From Anthoceros angustus (Eukaryota > Plantae > Anthocerotophyta): a stretch of 64,000 nucleotides of DNA. Of the stretch, positions 37,855 to 51,099 are shown in pieces. The stretch is from positions 62,001 to 126,000 of the forward strand of contig VJWM01000203.1 in the NCBI GenBank assembly GCA_010909165.1, written 5' to 3'. The first letter of the stretch is position 1, and each line of letters opens with the position of its first letter. Below the pieces are notes generated by a model, which was not told where the DNA came from, made no database searches, and saw only the letters and a list, made by a program, of their open reading frames with translations. Both the position numbers and the translations under genes were made by a program.

Positions 37855-38642
37855 GAATCACCCGGTGCTCAAATGTGTACGTCAGCGAATATTGCTTTAC
37901 TTAACTCCCTATCTTCCACCTTAAGACATACCGACATGACACGGATCCACCTCTCATCACAGAAATAATCAGAATCGAATGAATCTCTTCCTTGCTACTA
38001 GGTACTGTTAACTACTTCTCTTTGAGGTGACAGCCTACCTGGGCACTAAGGCCCTTAAGGCCCTTTAACGTTCACTCCTTCCCTTTGAGGTGACAGCCTA
38101 CCTGGGCACAAAGGCCCTTGCTGCCTAAGTCATTGTGATGCCGTGATTTACAGGTGCACATTCACGTCCTCATGTAGAAATGCTTAAGGCTGCAGATGCA
38201 ATTGATGTCCAAAAAGTTGTTGAGAGAACACCATAATATTTGAACCGGTGCAATATACGAACCCGCTTTCAGAAACCCAGACCAAATTCAGGTTTCCCGC
38301 TCAGTCCTAGATTCCGCAATTTTAGAGGTTCAAGGTTTACGCATTTGGGTTTTGTGACTGCTTTCACATGGTTTGGTCCATGTGGGTGGATTTTTGCCTC
38401 CTGGTGCGGTGCACGACACATGTGTGTGAGTTCTGAAATGAGAACCCGGGACATTTTGCAAATGTCAAGAAATGTACTCGCTGACAAAACGAGTCAAAAA
38501 CTCGTAGTTGTTGAACAGGGAGCCATAGATGGCGCCAGCATGCCGGCGCCCTCCCTTAATTCTTAACCTACTGGTTATAGTACTTTGAAACAAAAACTTA
38601 AATCACTTGCCTCTGGAGGATTCCAGAGGCTGTGGCTCGGGA

Positions 38643-39052
38643 CGGTGTCATTTGAAGTACTATCTCATCCCGGACACTTCTAGCTTTGGCTACGCTTGGT
38701 CCCGGACCGAGGAGGGCCGTGCCTTTTGCGACCCTTGGTCACTAAATATAATAAATATTAAATAAATAACTTATAAATAATAATATAAAAGCTACGCATA
38801 ATGGAGTCCATGATGCAACCAAGAGATTGTCCATGATAAGATGGGTCCATGTGTCCATAATAAATATAAATCCTTGGATATAAAATTAAGTAATCTACTA
38901 ATTTTAAACGGACCTTTATGAACCTCGGTCCCAAAGAAGGTAGAAGGGGACCGAGGGTGAAACCGAACACCTTAAGAACTTCCGGTCCCATGTTTTTTTT
39001 AACACATGCCGAGACCGGGACCGAGCTTGGGACGGGGTCAAAATGACACCTT
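38643..39052. mobile_element. MITE copy 1 (TIR GGTGTCATTTTGACC), Tc1/mariner-like
   Basis: ggtgtcatttga at 38644 and ggtcaaaatgacacc ending at 39050, with an AT-rich core. Homologous to 53360-53786. Confidence 0.7.
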
Positions 39053-39162
39053 GCTCCGGAAGGCATTGCCACGCTATCAAACACAACCTCCGTACTTCGC
39101 AGGAGATCGTCCTCGGGATCCTCAAAATTTTTGTTTTCGTCCATAGCATTTCCTTCATTCAT

Positions 39163-39625
39163 GTTCGCATCCTCATTGCTCTTCTCCAAATAGTCCGAAT
39201 GCCATAGCACAGACAAGGTTTGCTGGCCATCATCTAGAAGATCTCCAGTCTTCTCCTTCATCCTGCTCAAACCAAGTGGGACAACCTGGGCCTGGGATAC
39301 ATCCTTCTCGGACAAGCTTAATTCTTTTGCCCAGAATTGGGTGGGACCTTGTGTGGAGTGGAAACTTGTGTCTAGAGACACCATGAGGTCCACATTCACT
39401 GATCCTCATTGCTCTTCTCCAAATAGTCACAAAAGGTATAAGGTTTGCTGGCCATCATCTAGAAGATCTCCAGTCTTCTCCTTCATCCTGCTCAAACCAA
39501 GTGGGACAACCTGGGCCTGGGATACATCCTTCTCGGACAAGCTTAATTCTTTTGCCCAGAATTGGGTGGGACCTTGTGTGGAGTGGAAACTTGTGTCTAG
39601 AGACACCATGAGGTCCACATTCACC
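39163..39625. repeat. ~225-bp tandem duplication overlapping the start of family A copy 2
   Basis: aaggtttgctggccatcatctagaagatctcc...gtccacattcac occurs at ~39215-39399 and ~39440-39624. Confidence 0.85.
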
Positions 39626-42600
39626 CTCAATGTCGTTGTAGGCTTAGGATTCGCTCCCAAGGGAATGGTTTGTGCCAAGAGACGCTTTCTATCACATCGA
39701 CCTTCGCCTAAGTCGACTTACTGCTATCACCCTCTTACCTATCTATTCAACTATTACTACCTCCGACTTGTCCAGGCTACCACGGCTCTTGTTCCCCACC
39801 ACGATCTTATTCCACAACCCTGCTTCGAGCTACTACCACGGCTCTCACCACACGTAGTTACACGACTACCGAGGTGGGTCCCACGTCAAACCCTAGCAAC
39901 TTATTCTGGCGCGCGGCGCCGTGATTCCCTGCCACGGACGGCTATCCCTGCGCACAGATCCGACTTTATTTTGCACTCCACACTTCATGCATACCCCAAT
40001 TCCTAGGGACCAAAGTTCCCCGGATCACTCACACCCGCTTTCACACACACACAAAGGGCGCCACTGTCACACGACTTCCACAAGGAAACGCTGTTTTCCC
40101 TTGTGCACACCTCCACTGTCAGCACCGGTTTAGATTCTCTTTGATCCACAAAATCTCCACTATTTCCAAGTAGTTCTCCTTCTCAACTCCTCTTACGGTC
40201 TCGCACCTCGCATCGCGTACAGTGCTCAATCACTTCTTCACCCAATCTCCTTTCTCTCTCTCGATTCACCCGCAGGCTTCCAACCACACACACAAACACT
40301 CTCTATTTGAACACAACCAAAAAAGGTAAGGAAAGAAGAATTCTCGCATCACGGGCACAGCAAGCTCCAGCCCGCCAATCCTCGATTCCTGCCGTTGTCG
40401 GGCGCTCAATCACCTCCTCCCGCGGTTGTGGAGCACCTCGACCACCCTAGGCGCCCGCACCACCTCCGCCGATCACGCTCCAACCACGGCTTGGGCTTGG
40501 GGATCTCAACCAGGAATTATCTGATGTGAGGGGCACAACCCTTTATACAACGGCTGAGGGCGTCATAGCCCACTAGAATTTTCAGGTCCTAAAAACGGCT
40601 GAACGCGAAGAGGCGCCCCTACAATTTCGAACGGCCTTAGGTCCAGGATGGCACCCTATCCAAGGTTCTATTCCTAGGATGCCACTATTCTTTGCCTATG
40701 TTATCTTCGCGCCCTCCTCCGACTTGGTCTCCTGGCCCTCCGTCCTCTGCTGCCACCTCCACGGGCCCTCCTCCCTCGCCGCTGGTCTTACAAATCCTCC
40801 CACAGAACCTCCACCTCGCTTCCACTGCTGGTCGACTCCTCGCTCCTAATCGGGGGTGTGTCCTGCTCCTCAGCTCCATCCACCCTTGCTTGCTACCTAT
40901 TGCTGAGGATCATTACTGGCTCTTCTTCCACCCACGCTCGGGCTTCTTCCTCCGTAAGCTCCTTCAAGGCGCCTCCGTGATAACAGGGCCCCCCCATACC
41001 CGCACAGAAAGGACCATCCGCCTGATTCCTCACCAGCAGCCGTCCCTCCCCTCCTCCGGGCTATCACTGCCACAGACCATGCCTCGTGAGGCCACGCCTC
41101 CTGCCAACGCCATGGTTGCCTCGGTGGGTTCTCCAACGCAGGATTGCCATCCAGTAGACTCCACGACCGCCTCCTGCCCACAACCATGGTAAGGGTTTAA
41201 GCACTGCATGTCGCCTCCTTCCTAGCCCGAGTGCCTTCCACTACCCCGATCGTGGACCTCTTGCGCCTCTTCCTTTTCCCTTCTCCTTCGGCTCGGCCAC
41301 TTTTTGTCCTGCTCCCGTTCAGCAGGCCCCCACAATCTCGGACCTTCTCCACAAAGCTACCTCTCTTTGGGGCCTACAGCCTCCCCCCGCATTTCGATTT
41401 GCTTTTGGGCATCCTTGATTGCGAGCCATGGATTTATTCCTCATTTTGACTCAGAATTTCCTCCGGGTTTCATGTAAATCTCCGGAATTTTAATCCTCGT
41501 CTCCTCCAGGTTTCCTACTTGTCTTCCTCCAACTGCTGCCTCAGCCTCCTCCTCGAATTTAGCCTTCACCACTTCCTCTCGCCGCCTCGTGACACCGAGC
41601 GTGAGTGCCTGCACTGGTCCAAGATGTCAGCGGGCACCTGAGTCCAATCATGGCATGCGCACTCCCCAGATCAATTGTTGAGGAGGGGCCACGGGATGCC
41701 ATTCCCACGTCGAGCAACTTTTTCCGGGAAGGTGCGTGACCCAAAACTATCTCCGCCTACATCGACCTCGCCCGCCAAGGAGCTCCTTGAAATCTCTTCC
41801 CACCACGGTGAGGTTCCGTTCTTGGGGCCAACCCTAATTCTTGGAACTTGTTAAATCACAGCATCAGTCGAAAATTGTCTTCCTCGAGGCCTCTTCATCG
41901 ATAAGTCAATAGGATGCCTTCATCTTCTTCGCCTTTTCTGCGGAGTGACCTGCGCTACGCGTGGTGGAGCATCCTCTTCCCTTTCTTTGTTGAGCCTGAC
42001 TCCTCGGCCTTCCTTTTTCACCTCTGCCGCCACTGGAGGCAGTCGGAGCTACCTCCCTCCGTCATTGCGCCTTCTTTCCGAGTGGCGATCCTCTTCGCCT
42101 TGTCATCACGCTGACTCACTGTGCCTCACACCCGACTCCTCGATCTTGAGTTCGCTCAGTGGATCGCCTCTAGCCCTTTGAGTTTTCTTAGGGTTATATC
42201 CCCTGGGTTCCACGAGGAGGCCGGCCCGCTACCACTTCTCCCGGACCACCCTTGGTTCTTGTACGCCTGAGCATAGCTCCAGGATCAGCGACCCACCACG
42301 TTCAACTACTGGCCGGTTGGTTTGACCACTAGCCTATGGACTTGATAACCTCTACCAAATATGAGGACCCCCTTCCCCCATATATAGACTTTTTATTAAA
42401 TATTCCGAGACCAAAGGCCAAGGAGTATCGAGTTCGAAGTCCAAGGACCAATTATTATTTTAACCCAGAAAACAACCCCAAAACTCATAGGCCAAGGACA
42501 CTTTCTACTATAAATATCCCTTCCTACTGACAACCTAGCTCTTCTTGACACCAAACGTAGCAAAAAAAAACAAAAAATCACCCAAAGACACAATCCAACA
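39577..42600 (+). mobile_element. Family A TG...CA element copy 2 (~3.0 kb)
   Basis: Starts TGTGGAG...caatgtcg...cccaagggaatgg. Ends with an A-rich tract then caatccaaCA, giving an imperfect terminal inverted repeat TGTGGA/TCCAACA. Confidence 0.6.
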
Positions 42601-42619
42601 GGGAGTTTCCAAATCCAGA

Positions 42620-43491
42620 TTGGTTTCACCTTGGCGGTGTGGCTTGTGGGTCAATTCCTCCTCTGCATCCAGTAAAACTTCATAGCCATGAATCCTCTGA
42701 GAAGTGAACTCTGCGGAGCGCTTGTCCACCTCCACAACAATGCAATTAGGCCACGTAGAGAAGTCATAATTTCGTTGTCCTATTCCCCTTACGCATCTAA
42801 TATCCAATCTCTTCCTTGGAAGTTCTTGATCAACTTCATGGTGACGGTGGCCTCGCATGAAACCGGTTGTCAAGGATGTGTAATAAATTCTTTACCGGCC
42901 GTGCTGCACTGCTCACCCATTATTGAAAGAGCCCTGCAAGGTGTTTGGCAGCATGGACACCTTTGTCTTCTTGCTCTTGGAGGTCACACCCTAGCCCACA
43001 ATGTTGTTCTCCACAATGTCAAAGCCTCCTTGGTCATTGTGCATATTAGTTTTGCCCCAAACAAATGAGACCATGCCTCCACCTGTACACCACTTCCTCA
43101 TAGTCTCCCTCACAACATGGAGCTCTTCCACACCATGCATGACTATCATTTTGATCTCGTCGTACCTTGACGACATATCATCATGGAAGGAATGAAATAT
43201 GTTTGCCATTTGCGCCTTCTCAAGTTTGATATCATACTTCCCCTTGTTGAATCCCCGGGCGACATCCATCACCAGCGTTGTATATGTCCGACTCCACAAA
43301 AACCCTCTCATTTTAGCAACATCTCTGCGCACCACTTGATCCTTTACTAACCCATCAGTTTTGGGCACAGTAAAAGTTTGGAGCCCTTCCTCCATGTCCA
43401 TGTCTTCAAGTGCCCTTTGCTCATCCTCCATCCCTTTCCATGTGTGGACCTTTAGTGTAAAAGCCTGGAAATCATCAGGAAGCTTTTTCAA
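42620..43491 (-). pseudogene. C-terminal part of a ParB-like/amino-methyltransferase gene (N6A/N4C MTase, beta-type motif order), degenerate
   Basis: TLVMDVARGFNKGKYD (DPPY-position motif IV, decayed), FVWGK...VEN, then HP*QP...KLIKNF...DWILDA, GIG, NCIVVEVD...QRI. This matches the PF01555-type C-terminus with motif I after motif IV. Read across frameshifts. Confidence 0.6.
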
Positions 43492-43521
43492 GTCTTCAAC
43501 ATCTTAACTTGTTGCGCAATG

Positions 43522-46500
43522 TGTGGCGCGACTTTTGGCCGACGGCACCCGCGCATAAACCTGTCGTGTAGGAAGCGAGTGCCCCAAGGGAATGAGTGCA
43601 CTGCTTGCGCCGCTTCAAAGCGACTCGCCTTACTTTCGTCCGCCCTCCCAACGCACACACTCCCTAGTTCACGCTCTACTGACAAACACCGCAAGTCAGA
43701 GACAATTTAAGGACCTGTCAGCGTCCGTTGCCTGCTCGCCTCACACCTCTGCCACCCTCTCCACTCACACTACACTTATCGGTCTTAAGGAAGACGCTGG
43801 GCCCCGACCTCCTCCGCTGCTCCACCGGGCCTCTCCGTCCGACCGCACTCCCAAGTCCCTCCGGCCACACGCCGTCCGCTCGGGCGCTGGTCGCGGCTCG
43901 ACGCACGGGTCCCCGCCACCACTCCCCGCACACACCACAACACGTTAGGTCCGTCACGGGACCACGATCGATCCTCCGAGCTGCCTCGCCTGACTCAGAC
44001 TCACGTTATCAAGAAGACACACAAGGTCCGCAAGAACGCGATCAACACCAAGGAAAGATGATTTATCTGTGGCAGCCCCTCTTATACTACGCCTGTGTCG
44101 CCTTTATTACACCCCTATTCTCGAGCCGACGCCCAAGATGCCTAATCGGCCGCCTACCATCCTATTTCCTCCTCCTATCTCCTTCGCGGCGGTGGGGGGA
44201 AGGTCCGGGTTCCGCCTTGGGATTGGTGGTCCAATCTCCCCGACAATTCGCACCTAATCGGATGATCCGCGAGGCGGACCCTCCTTTCTCCCGAATCTCC
44301 AGTTACACGGCAAGGCCCCGACGACCGCCTGCTACTCAACGCCATCCTCCTGCCTTCCTGGGTCCTCCGCCTCCTTGGCCACCTCCCCGCCTCCCCTAGC
44401 GTGTCAAGGGGCTCCTCCTCATCGCCGAGTCCGGACCTCGAGGTCCGGCTCGACCCCGAGCCTCGAACCCAAGGGTCCGGCTTATTTCCGAGTCCGACCT
44501 ACCGGGTCCGCCTGCTCGGGGTTCGGACCTCGTGGTCCAGATGACACGGGTCCGATCCCCAAGCTCCGACTCTTCCGTGGACCTCAGATCGCTAGGTCCT
44601 CCTCCTTACCCCCGACCCTTGTCTTGGCTCCCTTGCACCCCCGCAGCCCCTCACCCCCTTCCGGATCGGGTGGTGGTGAACTTACCTTGGGGTCCGCCCC
44701 GCCTCCTCTTGGGGCTCCTCCTTCGCCGCTGTCGTTTCCAAACAGGGCCCCTAGGGTCCCTGTCTTGTCCGTGCCCTTCTTCCCCTCCGAGCCTTCCAGG
44801 GTCCGCCTATCGGGCGCCGAGAGGCCTCTGCCAGAGCTCGGTGGTAATAGGCAAAGTCCGAATCCACTTGCCGGATTGCCTCTTCCACGGTGCCCGAGCA
44901 CCGATACTCCCTTGCCGCCATAGGTGCCCGGAGTCGAGCCTGTCCGCTTGTTGCTCCACCTCCCCGCCAGTTTGATAGCCGGAGCCGCGCCGCGAGGTCG
45001 CCAGGTCGCTGGCCACCTCCGCAGCCGCCGCTGCTCCACTTGCTCCAACTCCTCCGCCTGCTCACGCCTTGCCCGCCATAACGCAGCTGCTCCACTTGCT
45101 CCACTTGCTCCACTTGCTCCACTTGCTCCACTTGCTCCACTTGCTCCAACTCCGCCATCTCCCCCAGACGGCCGCAACACGGCAGATCGGCTTCACCGAG
45201 CCCTTCTCCATCTCGGCGACGCCCCGCCTCGCTCCATCGCCATCGACTGGGTCCGCCAATGAGCCGAGCCGCTTTATTTCCCGGCTGCCTGCGACCATGT
45301 CCTGCACTACCATTCCTCTCAATGATAGTTTGAGTCAGCCCAAAGTCTCCTTGCGGTCCTCCATCTCCCGCCGCGCCCACCTCCCGAGCCGAGTCCGAGA
45401 TCCTCCATCTCCTGCGAACTTCTGGCCCCGCTGGTCCGGCTGCTCCGCCACCTCCCCGCCTCCATCTTCGTGCGTAGCCGAGGCGCCTATCTCCCGTCAA
45501 GTCCGGATTCTCCCATTGAGAATTCCTTGTCGCCTGACGCCTCTTGAGTTGTAACTCCAAGGTGTCCTCCTGCTCCACCTCCCCGCCTCCCTTCTACCTC
45601 TCTGCGCCTGAGGTCCCTGCAGGCCGGCCTCCAGCAGACGGCTCGTCGTGCTTGCTCCGCCACCTCCGCCTCCTTGGCCACCTCCCCGCCTCCTCCACCT
45701 GCCCGATCACGCCGATAGTGATCGCGATCGGCCGCCGCGTGGCCTCCGCCTCCTTGGCCACCTTCACCGAGCCTCTCCTGGCTCGTCCACGGCCGCCTCA
45801 CAGTCCTGCCTGCGCCCGGGCGCCCTTGCCGCTCCGGCCTCCCCGCCTGCAGAGGTCCTCCGCCTGCGCTTGGCCTCTCGGCCTCCTCCTCCGGTGAAGG
45901 AATTTGGTCCGGCCTCATGATGGACCAGACCTCCTCCTCGCCTCCCGGCGCTTCTCTCAATCCGAGAGCCGCCTTCGCCTCCTGGCTCCTCCAACCGCCT
46001 CCCGGAGGAGTACCATGCGCCCGGTGGCTTCTACCTCCGGGTCTTCTCGGCCATCCCGCAGACCTGAGCATACCGTCCCATGACGAGCTGTGACCCGTGT
46101 TTCTTCCACGGCCGTGAGGCTCCCACAAAGTCCGTGAGCGGAGCGGCATCTCACGGTCCGCCAAGGACCTCCATACTGTCCGAGTAAGTCCGACTGGGTT
46201 CTCGGACCTAATCAGACCCTTAGGTCCCGAGGCCGAGCTTGAGCCCTCCTTGGCCCTTTTGGCCGCGAGCTCCTTCTCGCCCTTTTCTCCCTGGGCCTTG
46301 AGGAGGTGAGGGAGTCGGGAGCAAGCCTTTTGCCCCTTCCTGCGATGTGACTGCTCGGGGTGCTGCTGTCCTCCGCCTCGGCGCCCTTCGCCTCCTCATC
46401 GCTTTTGCCACCAAGGTGGAAGGGGTACTGCACCGACCCGAGGTGCCGCTGGTAGCCGTGGTCTTGCGTCTCTTGGCTCCCTCACAGTCGGCGGGGCTCC

Positions 46501-48010
46501 TCGGAGTGGTGGCGGGCTGGGCCGGGCCGCCTCACTGGATGGCCTGGGGCACAGAGGAGGAGGCGGAATTTCTTCCATACTTCCACAGGTGGTGAGGGGT
46601 CCGCTCTGCACGATGGAGTCCGGAATCCTCCCGCCGCCCTCCTCCCGAGTCCGCTTGGCTGACGATCGGCCTCCTCCTCCAGTCCGTTTGGCTTTCGATC
46701 GGCCTCCTCCCCTCGGCGCCCTTGCCGCTCCACTTCGGCGGGGCCTCAGGTCCTTTCGGGCGCTCGCTCAAGCTCTCCTTCCTTGAGGAGCTCGAAATGC
46801 CCCATACATGGATCGGTATGGGGGCCCAGATGGCGAGGCTTCTCGGTCTGAGCTTGCGAGCCTCTGGCTAAGCAGGCGAAAATAATCCTTCCTCCCGCCT
46901 TCTTCCTCAGCAACAGATGCAGTGAATACTATCAGATTATCACCAAGGTGATCCACCTTGGTGGTAGGTTCCAAAGTGGACAATGATCGGGCTACCGCCC
47001 TTACTCGACCGCCCAACAGCCTGATATCGCCCAACACAGGGTCCGCTGCCCCTGTGCCTCAAAGATCGCGTCGGGCCCTATCTTCCTTCGCCTTGAGGGG
47101 CTCGGCACCCTCCCCTCTTCCTCCTTTGGGCGGTTGTAGGCGCCCTCGGGACCTCAAGGTCCATCGCCTTGGTCCTCCGGAGGTTCTTGGACCGCACCTC
47201 CTTATTGACCGCCAAGATTTCCGGCGAACTCCGGACGGTGACACTATCGAATGTCCGCACCATCTCGAACACATCCAAATGCCACTCGCACTACCCTCCC
47301 CGCTCGGAGCCAGTGGCCCAAAGTCCGGATAGCGGAGTCACAATGTTGCGCCCACAAGGTTCCATGGCTCCCAAACTTCCGCAGTTTTTGGGTGCCATCG
47401 CCTTCTCCTCCTTGCCGAGCTTGTCTGAGACCGCCGCACGCTGCGCCTTCGCTGTCACGCCCGACCTCAACGTGAGCTGCCAAGACGCCCGAGTGTCCCG
47501 AGATACCGCCAGAGCCGGATCATGGAGCGCAAGAGATCGCGAGAATTGTCTCGAGGTCCAATGAATGACCTTCCTTCGCCGCCCTTCGGAGTAACCGCGG
47601 AGGCGCGCCTCGTCTGAATCGCCAGAGGTCCGCATGGCTTATTCGACCTTACGCCCGCTTACCGCCTTACGCCGCTGCACTGTTTACGCCGGCATTCGCG
47701 CGAATACCGCTATAACGGCCTCGCAAGGTTACGGTCCCTGCCACCGCATGCCCGCCTCCACTGTGGTCGCCCACGTGGCGCCGTCCGTCCTACTACCAAC
47801 TCCGAGTTACTCGGCGATTTATCCCGCCTCGGGTCCGGAGTGGGTCCGACTTATCCTGCACGGGCCTACCATAGTAGGTCCGGTACGCTCCTCACTCCGA
47901 GTCCGAGTATACTCCGAGTGCCGAGTGCTATCCATGCTTATTTCCCCCCTTTTTCGCCTCATTTTATCCTTCACTTCTACAAAAAAAACAAAACCCTACC
48001 TATTTTCTAA
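43522..48010 (+). mobile_element. Family A-related element copy 3 (~4.5 kb, GC-rich) inserted in the ParB/MTase gene
   Basis: Starts TGTGGCGC...tgtcg...cccaagggaatg and ends after caaaaaaaacaaaa (~47980-48010). Carries the family ORF remnant at 46768-47037(-) and a (gctccactt)n 9-bp repeat at ~45088-45148. Confidence 0.55.
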
Positions 48011-49081
48011 CCCCCAAGGGAAGTCCGTAGTCCACACAATGACACAAGCTGAACAACCAAGCTCACCTTTCCTTCAAAGCTATTCCCAACCGGCAACCAC
48101 TTCATTCGTTGAGTGCACGGTACTCTCGCCACCATCTCAAATGAATCACAGCCTAGATGCTTCGCTGTAGCCACTTGTATCACATGTAGTTTCTTCCGCA
48201 GAGTGATCTCCTTCGCCATACCATTAAGATTGATGAGACCTGTCAGCACCTTCTCAATGACATTAATTAGCATATTTTGGCCAGTCTCACCGGTGGAATA
48301 CCCTGAAAACTTCGCGATGGCTTCCCTTGCATTTCTTTTGGCTTCACAAAAATTTGGTCCACTGCCTTTGCCTCATATGCAGTCTTCCGTTTCCCCTTGC
48401 TTATCTTGCTAGTTCCTGCGGCAACATGTTTGGTTGTTTTGGCAAATCCATGGCCTCCCACTTTGTGAAGATCTTATCCACATTTTCCCACACTCTCCTC
48501 TCAAGTTTGGTGATGGAAAGGATATGTGTTCGATTGTCGACCTTGTTTTGCTTGTACTGCTCATCCGCTTGGGCCTCATCATCCTCTATCAAGCCCAGCA
48601 CCTTATATAGGTTAAACTTCCAGTTCATGCTCATATTGGCATCATCCCTCCTAGCTTCTCGAACTCATCCAAGTAAGTACCACGGTCAATGAAATTCACT
48701 TCATTTGTCTAGTGTTGTTGTGGTCTGCAGGGTCAGAGCCCTCATCTCCTGTACAATGAGACCACAATGCACATGGGCTTCCATCCATTGGTATCTGGCC
48801 TTCGATGGAGATATGTCTGCCAAGTGCTTTATCGTTGCATAGGTGTGGTTGCCACCGAGCACTCCTGTCACATACTTCTTAGCTTTAAACTTCTTCCACT
48901 CTATGGATTCAATGTCGCTGCAGTCCGCTGGGTCAATCATGCATAGTAGAGGCAGCACACCTTCTTCAACTCTATCTTTTGAAATAACTCGAGCTAGATA
49001 GTTGATCCATGCTTCGTCTACAATCTGAATCTGTGCATCTGGAGTAAGAAAGGATGCAGGCCTTAAATTCTCTAGTTTCAC
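48010..49081 (-). pseudogene. N-terminal ParB/Srx-like domain and helical middle region of the split ParB/MTase gene
   Basis: ORF 48701-49081: QIQIVDEAWINYL...PLLCMID...GVLGGNHTYATIKHL (ParB-type GNH motif). Continues in broken frames to 48010 on the same strand as the MTase piece. Confidence 0.55.
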
Positions 49082-49155
49082 AAGCCCTCTGAGGGTTCAA
49101 GAAGGCAGCCCAAGCTGGAGAAACTGTGTTCTCATAACTGAAGCTGTGGCTAATT

Positions 49156-49446
49156 TCAAAACATCTCAGGATGCAAGGCCAAAGGGGGTTGAGGTGTTGC
49201 TGGAGAAGGGATTGGCATTGAAAAGCAATAGAAAGGACTGAAGGCTGCAAGGCTTCCCCAATTCACGAGGGCGCACTGAAAGCAAAAGTGGCTTGTCCCA
49301 TAGCGACAAGCTCCGCAAGCCGCAAGAACAGTGGGAAATCCGCAGTATCTCTCCCGAGCCACCGCAGTGGTTAGAGAAAAGAGCTCTGGGAAGCCATTAG
49401 ATGGATCTTTGGGGAGAAAAAGGTCCCTAAGGTGTTCGAACACCAT
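49156..49446 (-). mobile_element. CRE-like non-LTR fragment
   Basis: MVFEHLRDLFLPKDP matches MVFEHLRDLFLLK at ~29777(+). Confidence 0.7.
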
Positions 49447-50499
49447 TCCTAAATAGCACGGCAGATGAAAGAAGTGGGGTCGTAAGAGAGTCTTTTGTAA
49501 GTGCCAAATATGATCATGCCCCGGTGGCTTGTTTTAGGCTTGTTTTGTTTTTTTTATTATATAATATAGGCATAGGAGGGGTTAGCTAATAAGGTGGCCG
49601 AGATTGCACTTAGAGTGCAATCCTAAACCCCGGTCCGTAGAATGCGAGTCTCCTTGGGTGTCCGCCGAGATCGGAATAAGTCCGTGGGCGGCGCCGGCCG
49701 TAAGTCGAGTCAGGCGGCGGCTGTGGAGTAAATCCCGTGCGGCTTAGTGCGGTGACGGCTTAGTCGAGCGTAGTTTGGAACATGCTCTGCCATGGAGAGC
49801 GACCAATGGAAGAAGTCCGAATGATGAGCTCACGCCCGGCCAACTGACCCGGTTATATGGTACATACATATAGCGGTTAGATTAGGAGCAGGGAGGTATA
49901 TAGGAGGCTCGTGGCCCAAGACCCCAGACTATCCCGTGCCCAACTTCATGCTTGCGGTGTGTTCTTGCCCTCCGTGCTCTCGAGGAGAGGGTCCCCGCCA
50001 CCTTGCAGGATTAATTGGTGGCAAGGGGTTGTGTCGAGAGCTCTGGTGATGAGCTTGACACGCTGAGATGTCTGGAGACAGGATTGGGGTCTAAGGCTGC
50101 CGTGGTTTCTCGCCTTGACGAGGCCATCCTTGGTAATTTCTTGGAGGAGCGGGGTTGCAGGTTGAGAGACCGCTACCCCGCGGAACATGAAGCAGTCGAA
50201 AGGATCAGGAGGCGCCTGGGGTGAATCCTACGGGCAGGAGCCATCCCTAGAGACTGCTGGAGCGGAGGCCATGGGGTTGTAGGCTGAGAAGCAACTACCT
50301 CACAGAATGCGAAGCAACCGGAAGGAGCAAGGGCGGTCCGATGTGAATACGGTGTGTTAGTGTCGCAAATACCAGCGGTGGGGGAGTAGAGGGAAGGGGA
50401 CGACTGCGTTGGAGTTGCCGTGAAGCGGAGGTGAGTGTTGTGAAGTGGAGGATGCAGAGCTAAGGAGGTAGGTGCGTCGAGGCGCTAGGAGACGGAGAT

Positions 50500-50808
50500 C
50501 GACGGAGGAGCACGTCGTTAAACCTATTGTGGTCCGCCAGATCTTAAATGGTGTTTGGAGACGCCGTGAGCGGAGCCCTGTGGAAAGGTTTGGTGGGTCG
50601 TGTGGCCGGTCCATTGAGTTGCGGGGCGGCACACTCCTAGGGTTTTGCGAGTCTGTAGGACCCGGCCTTGATGAAGGCTTGTTGACGATAGGTTGTAGAG
50701 CTTGGGCAGAATAAGCACGAGTCCATTCCCTGTAGAACAAACTCCCGTACTGCATCGACATTGAGTTAGTGTGCACCCGGCTAGTCCGCTAGCAAAAGTT
50801 GCTCCACA
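50500..50808 (-). mobile_element. Family A terminus fragment
   Basis: The minus strand from 50808 reads TGTGGAGC...tcaatgtcgatg...agggaatgg, aligning with 39577(+). Confidence 0.5.
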
Positions 50809-51099
50809 CCATATATAAAGTGAGAGTTGATGGTGTTGCCAAAGAATGTCTCTTAACAACAACATGTGCTCCAGGTGGGGCCTCTTTTCTAGGCTCGCCA
50901 CTCTTCTTTTTTCTGCAGTCCTTTTCCATGTGGTTCGGTATTCTGCACTAAGAACAAATAATACCACCTTTCTTGTTACCTCTTGCAGGTGTGAAAGAAG
51001 GTGGGGTCTCTCCAATAAGACTATGTTGTGTGGGGTTGGTAGAGCGTTGAGTGAATCCTTTGCCATGGCCTCAGACTCTGCCTTGGCCTCTTCCCGTAC

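Noticed and set aside
43700-47640. Many 100-275 aa overlapping ORFs
   Set aside because: GC-rich low-complexity transposon interior yields open frames on both strands. Only 46768-47037 shows homology to another copy.
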